A stretch of 64,000 nt of DNA from an uncultured virus (IMG/VR IMGVR_UViG_3300020037_001229) (lineage: Duplodnaviria > Heunggongvirae > Uroviricota > Caudoviricetes). Shown one piece after another: positions 56,383-64,000 of the stretch. Position 1 is the first letter of the stretch; each line of letters opens with the position of its first letter. The notes under the pieces were generated by a model, which ran no database searches, was not told the origin of the DNA, and saw only the letters and a list, made by a program, of their open reading frames with translations. The stretch lies in the IMG/VR virus record IMGVR_UViG_3300020037_001229. One strand, given 5' to 3'. Both the position numbers and the translations under genes were made by a program.

Positions 56383-58162
56383 ATGGCATTTCAAAAAGCA
56401 TCTGGTTACCAAAATTTGCCCAATGGAGTATTTTCTCCGACGCTTTACTCTAAGAAGGTTCAGAAAGCCTTCCGTAAGGCCTCGGTTGTAGAGGGTATTA
56501 CTAACTCGGACTTTTTTGGGGAAATCTCTAACTTCGGTGATTCGGTTCGCATTATCAAGGAGCCGGAAATCACTGTCCAGAACTACGCACGTGGTACTCA
56601 GATTACTCCGCAGGATATGACGGATGAGGACTTCTCGCTCGTTGTAGATAAGGCTAATTACTTCGCCTTTAAGGTCGATGACATTGAAGAGAAGCACTCG
56701 CACGTTAACTGGATGGACCTCGCCACCGACCGTGCAGGCTACAAGATGAAGGACACGTATGACTCGGAAGTTCTGGGTTATATGTCGGGCTACGTTAAGA
56801 ATAGCTCGGGCGTCTGGATTGCGAATACTACGACTTCGGGTTCGGTAGCCAATACGTCGGCTGGTACTGACGAATGGCTTACTGCTCAGAAGCTCGCTCG
56901 TGACGACTTTGTCTCGGGTGGTTCCGCCTCGGACTCTATCGCTGTTGGTGTCGCTGGTACTTACGATGTGACTCCTCTTGCGATCCTTAACCGAATGAAT
57001 CGTATTATGGACCTCTATAACGTCCCGAAGGATGGTCGTTGGGTTGTCGTTGATCCGGTCTTCGTTGAGATTCTGATGGACGAAAACTCGAAGTTTATGA
57101 ACCATGACTATCAGGGTTCGGAAGACTTCACTAACGGCAGAATTTCGGCTGGTAAGATTCGTGGATTTAATGTCCACATGTCTAATAACCTTCCGTATCT
57201 CGGTACGGGTCCTGGTACGGCTGACTCCAACGGTTCGTCCGCGAACTACGGTGTGATCCTTGCGGGTCATATGTCCGCCGCCGCCACTGCTACTCAGATC
57301 ACAAAGACGGAATCGTACCGTGATCCTGACTCGTTCGCTGATATTGTTCGTGGTATGCAGCTTTACGGCCGTAAAATACTTAGGAGTGAAAGCTTAGTTC
57401 GAGCTATCTACAATATTAACTCCTAATGCGCTTCATACATTAATTGTATGTCGAAACCCTCTTAATTCAGAGAAACTCTAAGGAAGACAGCGCGCTTCTA
57501 TGACAACCCTGAGCGAAGCCTCTTATGAGGAACGTGCAACGACTAACCCTACCAAGGTGTACATCCAAGTGGATGGAAATAGAGGGAAACTTATACACTA
57601 AGTTTTTGATATAGTCTAATCTATATGGAAACATATAGCAGAAAGGTTAAGTTTAGAATGAAATTAAAACTACCAGAAAACCATCCGCATAAAGACGGAA
57701 GGGAATGCACAACTTGTAATACTTTTAAGAGCGCCTCAGAATTTACTTTATCGAGAGATAAAAGGAGTTTTGGTGGTATAGCGATGCGATCAAAGTGTAA
57801 AACGTGTGACGAACTAAGAAAGTACAAAGGGTTCGTTAAAAGAACATACAATTTAACATTTGAAGGCTACGAACAGCTTTTAGAAAAACAGAATTACTGT
57901 TGTGCGATCTGTGAAAGTAAAATTTCTAGTAAAAGAACTTCTAGACTCTTTGTTGACCATTGTCATGAGACATTAGTAGTCAGAGGTTTGCTCTGCTCTT
58001 CTTGTAATCATGGTCTCGGTCAGTTTAAAGATAGTCCAAAACTTTTACAGAGAGCAATACAATATTTAACCTCGGGTAAGACTTAACGACTCTTACTGAA
58101 TGAAAATGAAAATCTTGCGTCCCGAGACGCTCGTTCGCGCCATTTACAATATCAACGTCTAA
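56383..58162 (+). CDS. Major capsid protein (spliced exons 56383-57372 + 58109-58162; unspliced form ends at 57426)
   Basis: P22-coat-like motifs GEI...GDSV.I, F.VDDIE..HS, FADIVRG..LYG.KILR. Confidence 0.88.
57373..58108 (+). mobile_element. Group I intron in the capsid gene with EndoVII-type HNH endonuclease and internal copy of exon 2
   Basis: P3 CCCUCU/AGAGGG, GCAACGACUA, GAUAUAGUCUA, GAAA-capped P9, exon U and terminal G, in-frame exon 2. Confidence 0.85.
57625..58086 (+). CDS. Intron-encoded endonuclease VII-like HNH homing endonuclease (start may be 57658)
   Basis: CTTC/CKTC; Q..CCAIC, VDHCH...VRGLLCSSCNHGLG. Confidence 0.85.
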   Translation: METYSRKVKFRMKLKLPENHPHKDGRECTTCNTFKSASEFTLSRDKRSFGGIAMRSKCKTCDELRKYKGFVKRTYNLTFEGYEQLLEKQNYCCAICESKISSKRTSRLFVDHCHETLVVRGLLCSSCNHGLGQFKDSPKLLQRAIQYLTSGKT

Positions 58163-58179
58163 TTTAAGGAGTATTACTT

Positions 58180-58674
58180 ATGGCTACTGTTGATATGTCT
58201 GCGGGTGTGACCACGTTGCACCCCACTCGCTCGGGTAATACGTCTTTACCGTATCTCGTCGAGGTTGACCTTGATATCGCCGCTGCGGCTACTGAAAAGG
58301 GTTCTGCCCTTGCTGCTGACGACGTTATTCAGGTTATTGATGTCCCTGCTGGTACTCTCGTACTTGCAGCGGGTTTTGAAGTGACCACGGAGACGACTGA
58401 TACTCAGACTGACGTTACTGTCGACATGGGTATCACTGATATCGACGCCGATGTTTTCGTTGATGGTTTCGACCTCGACGGCGCTTCGGCTGGTGCTTAC
58501 CCACAGCAACCGGCGGCTTACCAGCCTGTCGTTATTGGCGCTTCTGCCGATACTATCGATATCCTGATCAAGACTGCTACTGCTGCTCCGACGGCAGGTG
58601 AGCTTAGAGTTTGGGCTGTCCTTATGGACATTTCGGACCGTAAGGCTCCTGGCATTGTTGCTCTTGGTTCTTAA
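58180..58674 (+). CDS. Putative capsid decoration/minor capsid protein
   Basis: Follows MCP, AAGGAG SD, capsid-like codon usage, terminator downstream. Confidence 0.6.
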   Translation: MATVDMSAGVTTLHPTRSGNTSLPYLVEVDLDIAAAATEKGSALAADDVIQVIDVPAGTLVLAAGFEVTTETTDTQTDVTVDMGITDIDADVFVDGFDLDGASAGAYPQQPAAYQPVVIGASADTIDILIKTATAAPTAGELRVWAVLMDISDRKAPGIVALGS

Positions 58675-58685
58675 TACTTAACAAC

Positions 58686-58719
58686 TAGGGGGATGCTAAA
58701 TGGTGTCCCCCTATTTTTT
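58686..58719 (+). terminator. Rho-independent terminator
   Basis: TAGGGGGA...TCCCCCTA followed by T run. Confidence 0.8.
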
Positions 58720-58733
58720 ATCAGGAGATTTTA

Positions 58734-59033
58734 ATGTCTGAGTATGCACCAATTAAATCTAACACTTGTACATTTTCTACCGTAGGAGATTCCGATTCTT
58801 CGGTGACACTTTTAGCATCCAACTCTAGAAGAAAAGGTGCCTCTATTGTTAATACGTCTACTGCCATTTTGTACCTTAGGATGGATGGTGGTACGGCCAC
58901 TGCGACGACAGGTTACAATGTCCCACTTATTCAAGGTGGCTATTTTGAAGTACCATTCGGTTATACGGGGGCTATTACAGGTATTTGGGCTTCAGACGCT
59001 GGTGGAGCAGCTAACGTAGCTGAATACACGTAA
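58734..59033 (+). CDS. Virion structural protein
   Basis: 99 aa; RRKGA.I.N...LY...YTGAITGIW. Confidence 0.55.
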   Translation: MSEYAPIKSNTCTFSTVGDSDSSVTLLASNSRRKGASIVNTSTAILYLRMDGGTATATTGYNVPLIQGGYFEVPFGYTGAITGIWASDAGGAANVAEYT

Positions 59034-60376
59034 TGTTTAGAATTCGATCTTACCAACAAAGATTTAGAAAAACTCCTTCTTTTAACGCCTTTTTACAATT
59101 ATCGGGTGAAACCGACGGTTTCGTTCTAGACGTAATAAATGATACTGTTTTAGTTAGGGACTCTAGTACGCCGACAAATAATTTCGTTGGTACTATGGCA
59201 GAGGCACTCTCGAATGGTATCTTGGTTTACCCATCACCTTCAACCAAATTGATACTGGATTCAGCCGGAGCGTGGCAATCTGGAACAGCGTTGCGCTGCC
59301 ACTACAGCGCTACAGGCGTCCCGCTCGGGCTGCTTCCAGAACCGCAGCGGACGAATGGCATCCCGAACAACACGATGGTCGGTGCTGCTGCCGGCACTCC
59401 GGGCACACCGCCCACCGGGTGGGCCATTGTTCTTTTAGGATGCTCGCAAGAAGTCGTCGGAGCAGGTAGCCTCAACGGGATCGACTACATCGATCTGCGT
59501 ATTTACGGCACGCCGACTTCGACCAACAGGTTATCGATTGGCTTCTCTCCATCTTCCACGATTGTCGCGTCTGAAGCTCAGGTGTGGAATCTTTCGACGT
59601 ATCTAGCAATCGTCGGCGGCAGTCTTGCCAATATCTCCTCGGTCACGCTGGCGACCAACTGGCAAGGCCCGGGATCGACGAAACGAGGCAGCAGCTTCAG
59701 CGCCTCTCTGTCGTCAACACTAACGAGATTCGAATCGTCTTTGACGGCTCCCGCCAGCACCACGTACACGCTGCCGAAATTGGAATTAAATTTGACCAAC
59801 GGGTCGGCCGTCGACATCACGCTGCGGATCGGTTTGCCGCAGATGGAACTCGGAGCCTTTGCGACAAGCCCGATCAAGACAAGCGGGTCTGCCGTCACCC
59901 GCGCACCAGACAATCTCTATGTCGACCTGACGAAGGTGCCGGCGCTCGGCAGCGAGTTTACCGTCCTCGGCGAGGCGGAGCCGTGCCCTGACGTGCAGTC
60001 GAATGCGTTTGTCCTATATGACCTGTATAAGGACGCGAATGACAGAGCCTATCTCCGCAACGCGACGGCGGGGAATTTGGCGCTGCAACTCATCAATAGG
60101 TCAGGTGGTTCCGATACAGCGTCCATAGTGAGCGTCAACAACAGCGCCACACCCCGATACAAGTTCGCCGCTGCACACAAGGCTGACGACTACGAACTCG
60201 TGACGAAGGGCGTCAGCCGAGGAACCGACGCAAGCGGTGCGCTGGCAGCAGGTATGACTCTCTTCTATCTCGGACGTGGTCAGGCTGGCGGTCAATACTC
60301 AGCCCCCATCGGGTCCGTCGCCCTCATCCCCGAGCGCCTATCGCAGGCCGACATGATCGCGAGGACAACGCTATGA
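59033..60376 (+). CDS. Head/tail fibre-like protein
   Basis: GLL.E..RTN and QMELGAFATSPI.T....VTR..D motifs; GC-rich 3' part. Confidence 0.6.
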   Translation: MFRIRSYQQRFRKTPSFNAFLQLSGETDGFVLDVINDTVLVRDSSTPTNNFVGTMAEALSNGILVYPSPSTKLILDSAGAWQSGTALRCHYSATGVPLGLLPEPQRTNGIPNNTMVGAAAGTPGTPPTGWAIVLLGCSQEVVGAGSLNGIDYIDLRIYGTPTSTNRLSIGFSPSSTIVASEAQVWNLSTYLAIVGGSLANISSVTLATNWQGPGSTKRGSSFSASLSSTLTRFESSLTAPASTTYTLPKLELNLTNGSAVDITLRIGLPQMELGAFATSPIKTSGSAVTRAPDNLYVDLTKVPALGSEFTVLGEAEPCPDVQSNAFVLYDLYKDANDRAYLRNATAGNLALQLINRSGGSDTASIVSVNNSATPRYKFAAAHKADDYELVTKGVSRGTDASGALAAGMTLFYLGRGQAGGQYSAPIGSVALIPERLSQADMIARTTL

Positions 60377-60852
60377 CCGCTCCCATCGAAATGCTCCTGT
60401 GGGCACTCGACCGCGAGACGTTCGCGAACACCATGGCCGGGCTCATTCTGCCAGACGGCCGGCATATCGCATGGCTGGCGACCGAGGAGGAACCCGGCCC
60501 AGAGAACAACTCCATCCGAACGCTCGACGTCATCCTCTGCTCTGAAATCGGCGCGGTCGTGAAGACGCCTGCTGTACTCGACGAAGAAGGCAACGAGATC
60601 ACGCCCGACGTCATCGTCCCCGGCTACCACGCCAATCTCGTAGCAACAGGATGGTTAGCCGACATGCTGACGTCGGGGCTGCCGGCCGAAGGCACGATAT
60701 TCGAGCGCACTCGCATTCTCGATCTGCTTGGAAAGATGAACTGGCAGCCGAGCGCCGTTGGAGAGCCGCCCGGCTATGTCGGCACAAGCGGCGTCAAGAT
60801 CAGTGATCCCGGCATCGTCAACAACCGCGTGCGGACCTGGGCCGGGCTCTAA
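60373..60852 (+). CDS. Fibre-associated protein
   Basis: PAVLDEEGNEITP....PGYHANL; GC-rich. Confidence 0.55.
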   Translation: MTAPIEMLLWALDRETFANTMAGLILPDGRHIAWLATEEEPGPENNSIRTLDVILCSEIGAVVKTPAVLDEEGNEITPDVIVPGYHANLVATGWLADMLTSGLPAEGTIFERTRILDLLGKMNWQPSAVGEPPGYVGTSGVKISDPGIVNNRVRTWAGL

Positions 60853-60888
60853 CCGGCGCACATTCGAACCATCTGAAAGGAGCTATGA

Positions 60889-61140
60889 ATGTCAAACAAT
60901 AAAACATTAGCAGAGCGCATCGTCGATTCTGCTAGAACTGGTCGTTCTGACCCAGATGAACTATCTATTCTAGACAATATTACAGCCTCTGCGGCTGAGA
61001 TTAACCTTCTTGAAGGCGTTACGGCAACGACAGAGGCACGTTGTTCTGCTCTGCGTGACGAACTCCATCAAGCAACTGGTGCTATCTCGATGATCGATAT
61101 GTTCATTCTTCGTCTCGAAAGTTCAGGAACAAGTGAGTAG
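60889..61140 (+). CDS. Small hypothetical, possibly chimeric
   Basis: AAGGAG SD; ITASAAEINLLEGVTATT fibre-like repeat. Confidence 0.4.
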   Translation: MSNNKTLAERIVDSARTGRSDPDELSILDNITASAAEINLLEGVTATTEARCSALRDELHQATGAISMIDMFILRLESSGTSE

Positions 61141-61162
61141 ATTTCGAATAAGGATATAAAAC

Positions 61163-61876
61163 ATGGGCAGTACTTATTTAGATTTAACAAACAGAGTTCT
61201 TCGTAGAATAAACGAAGTGACTATTGACTCTACCGAATTTGATACTGTTCGTGGCATTCAAGCCGCTGCCAAGGATGCTATCATTGACACTATTAGGGAA
61301 ATCAACTCTCAAAAGTTTGAATGGCCTTTTAACTCTCAGGTGGGCTCTCAAACTCTTGTTGTTGGACAAGAGGAATACTCTTGGCCTTCTAATTTCAAGA
61401 TTGTTGATTGGGAATCTTTCTATATTGAGAACGACGGTGTACTCTCTACAAGAACTACAAAGTTAAAGACTATAAACAAAGACGAATGGTACCATATGGC
61501 GATGCCATACGACTTAGATAGTGGTTCTACAGGAATTTCTATTCCCATGTTTGTCTTTGAAACTAACAGTGGTGGGTTTGGCGTTACACCGTCCCCTGAT
61601 AAAGCTTATTCTTTAAAGTACAGGTATTGGTCAGTCCCGACTGATCTATCCGACTACGATAGCGAAACGGATATCCCAACTACCTTTGACTACGTTATTA
61701 TGTATGGTGCCTTAATGCATATGTTTATGTTCCTTGATAACGATGAGAGAGCAAACAAATTCGAACAAAACTTTAAGAAAAGTTTAGCTGATATGTCATT
61801 CATTCTTATCCCTAAAGATAAATACATGATTGATACGAGGACAAGTCACAATGCCCAACAGAACACAGTCATTTAA
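61163..61876 (+). CDS. Head-tail adaptor / tail tubular protein A-like
   Basis: TYLDLTN.VL.R.NEV, WPF, PSPDKAY; podovirus gene order. Confidence 0.65.
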   Translation: MGSTYLDLTNRVLRRINEVTIDSTEFDTVRGIQAAAKDAIIDTIREINSQKFEWPFNSQVGSQTLVVGQEEYSWPSNFKIVDWESFYIENDGVLSTRTTKLKTINKDEWYHMAMPYDLDSGSTGISIPMFVFETNSGGFGVTPSPDKAYSLKYRYWSVPTDLSDYDSETDIPTTFDYVIMYGALMHMFMFLDNDERANKFEQNFKKSLADMSFILIPKDKYMIDTRTSHNAQQNTVI

Positions 61877-63482
61877 AGTTGTTTGCCAAGGTGGGCTTAA
61901 CACAAACGACAATAACCTTTATCTGTCTGACCACCTTCCTGGGACGGCGACCCGTCTAATTAACTATGAAACGGCCCTTTCTGGCGGTTACAGAAGAATC
62001 TCTGGTTATCGGTATTACGATGAGACTTACACAGAGGTTTCTCCTTCGACTGCCGAAGGTCCTGTTTTAGGTGTCTGGATTTTTCAGAACACTACAACAA
62101 ACGACGCTGAGATTATCGCTGCCAGAAAGAATCAGTCTGGTGCTACGTATTCGTTTTTTAAACTAACGATCAGTGGGTGGACAGCCTACACTACTGGTAT
62201 TACACATAACACATCAAGCGGTGGTTTTGCGACTGTATCTCGCGTCAGAGCAGAGCTATTCAACTTTGGTGGAACTAACATGATTGGTTTCGTTGATGGT
62301 GTTAACAGTCTAGTAATTTATGATGGGACTAACTGGTTCGAGTGCTCTTCGTCCAATACCGGTGGCTCTGGCTCTCCTGGTGGAAACCAAATTCTTGATA
62401 AGCCTTCAGTAATCACTTCTTTCAAAAACCATCTATTTGTCTCTGGGGACGAAAATACACCTTCAGTTGTCTCTTACTGCGCTCCTTCTGATGCTTTAAC
62501 TTGGACAGCCGCTGCTGGCGCTGGTCAAATTGTTTGTAGTGAAGAAGTCGTTGCGATGAAACCCTTCCGTGATGAAAACTTTGTATTTAGTAAAAGATAC
62601 ATTAAGAAAATTATTCCTGATGTAACGGCGGGCTTTCTTATTAATGATGTTACCGCTAACTTGGGTATTATCGCCAAAGATTCTCTTTTAGAGGTTGGTG
62701 GAAATCTAATCTTCCTAGCGTCTGATGGTATCCGTCCTATCGCAGGTACCGATAGACAAAATGACGTTGAACTGTCTCTTCTTTCTCCAAACATTCAGTA
62801 TACAGTAGACAACTTCTTTGCTAACTACGACATGGAAGACCTCGTTGGTGTTGTTATTAGAAATAAGACTCAATTCAGGTACTTTTTGTCTGGGGATTCT
62901 GACGCCACTGAGACTGCTTATGGCATTATGGGCAACTATAGGTTAAACAGCACTAATACTCAAAAGTGGGAGTTTGCTGAGCTGGTTGGCATACATGCTA
63001 ATTGTGCATTCTCCGGTTTTATTGATGGAAGAGAATATGTACTACACGGAGACTACGAAGGTTTTGTGTTTAGACAAGAAATAGGCAACACCTTTAACGG
63101 AACAGACGTATTAGCAACGTACACAACGCCTTACTTGGACTTAGGCGACACTGAAATAAGAAAGCTTCTTAGAACACTAAATACTTTCATCAGAGCCGAA
63201 GGTAGTGTTACTTTCAACATTTCTCTAAGATTTGATTGGGGTGATGAATATGTTTTGAACCCTCCGAACTTTGCTGGCCAGACGCTAACAGGACCAGTAG
63301 TCTACGGAGCAGAAGTTGAATACGACGATGGTTCACTCTATGGTGGTATTTCTCGAAACTTCTTAAAGACAAATGTTCAAGGTTCTTGTTTTTCAGTTCA
63401 GTTTTCTTATGTTACGGAAGGTGGAGCGCCTTTTACAATTCAAGGTTTTGTTTTAGAATTCTCAGGAAAAGGACGTGAATAA
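61851..63482 (+). CDS. Tail nozzle / tail tubular protein B-like
   Basis: GGLN, beta-propeller-like, FLASDGIR; follows adaptor. Confidence 0.65.
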   Translation: MPNRTQSFKVVCQGGLNTNDNNLYLSDHLPGTATRLINYETALSGGYRRISGYRYYDETYTEVSPSTAEGPVLGVWIFQNTTTNDAEIIAARKNQSGATYSFFKLTISGWTAYTTGITHNTSSGGFATVSRVRAELFNFGGTNMIGFVDGVNSLVIYDGTNWFECSSSNTGGSGSPGGNQILDKPSVITSFKNHLFVSGDENTPSVVSYCAPSDALTWTAAAGAGQIVCSEEVVAMKPFRDENFVFSKRYIKKIIPDVTAGFLINDVTANLGIIAKDSLLEVGGNLIFLASDGIRPIAGTDRQNDVELSLLSPNIQYTVDNFFANYDMEDLVGVVIRNKTQFRYFLSGDSDATETAYGIMGNYRLNSTNTQKWEFAELVGIHANCAFSGFIDGREYVLHGDYEGFVFRQEIGNTFNGTDVLATYTTPYLDLGDTEIRKLLRTLNTFIRAEGSVTFNISLRFDWGDEYVLNPPNFAGQTLTGPVVYGAEVEYDDGSLYGGISRNFLKTNVQGSCFSVQFSYVTEGGAPFTIQGFVLEFSGKGRE

Positions 63483-64000
63483 TGGCGGGTTATGTTAGAC
63501 AGTCTATCGCTGATATCCAAGCGGGTGAAGATATTCTCGCCGCACCACTCAACGCTGAGTTCAATGCTATTCGTGATGCCTTCCACGGCTCTACAGGGCA
63601 CGAACATGATGGCACCACAGGTAATGGCCCTAAAATTGACCTAACCGCTTCTATTTCTGGTGTGTTACCTGTAGCTAATGGGGGCATAGCAGCTATTCAT
63701 AAACTTAATGCTACTTCTGCACCGACTACTGGTGATGACAGTGGAGATGGTTATGGTGTAGGTTCTCTTTGGATTGACACTACAAACGACAAGTTTTATA
63801 TCTGTGTAGACGCAAGTCTTGGTGCAGCCGCTTGGAATGAGTACCAAGCAAAAAGCTCTAACTTGGATGAGTATGCTGCGGTAAATCCAACTTCCGCTGG
63901 CCTTGCCCTCTTAGACGATGCTGACGCATCCGCACAGAGAACTACTTTAGGATTAGCAATCGGAACTAACGTACAGGCTTATGATGCTGGATTGCAGTCG
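63482..64000 (+). CDS. Tail fibre protein, 5' part (runs off window)
   Basis: MAGYVRQS...LNAEFNAI..AF..STGHEHDG, then RTTLGLAIGTNVQAYD. Confidence 0.7.
   Translation, partial: MAGYVRQSIADIQAGEDILAAPLNAEFNAIRDAFHGSTGHEHDGTTGNGPKIDLTASISGVLPVANGGIAAIHKLNATSAPTTGDDSGDGYGVGSLWIDTTNDKFYICVDASLGAAAWNEYQAKSSNLDEYAAVNPTSAGLALLDDADASAQRTTLGLAIGTNVQAYDAGLQS

Noticed and set aside
56263..57270. 335-aa - strand ORF
   Set aside because: Antisense to the major capsid gene; explained by codon bias
1..64000. Prophage or temperate lifestyle
   Set aside because: No integrase, repressor, partition genes or host flanks recognised, though part of the genome lies outside the window

Overview
This window appears to be most of a circularly permuted genome of a lytic-type, podovirus-like dsDNA phage. 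The + strand arms (1-9.5 kb and 45.8-64 kb) carry terminase, portal, scaffold, major capsid, tail, lysis and probable internal virion genes. The - strand arm (9.6-44.6 kb) carries early genes, 5 tRNAs, a large amidoligase/glutamine-amidotransferase/ATP-grasp cluster, a T7-like primase-helicase, PolA, endonuclease I, ThyX, a class II ribonucleotide reductase and DNA methyltransferases. I recognised no RNA polymerase, integrase or repressor. A GC-rich alphaproteobacterial host is inferred from GAAC-N7-GAAC LexA-type boxes, a CCUCCUCCC-loop RNA, GC-rich modules and tRNAs that all read A-ending codons. The window holds three group I introns (RNR, DNA polymerase, major capsid) and one intein (TerL). 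The most striking observation is that the capsid intron carries at its 5' end a synonymously recoded copy of exon 2, so spliced and unspliced mRNA both encode a full-length capsid protein, with alternative C-termini. All product calls come from motifs recognised by eye; no database searches were run.
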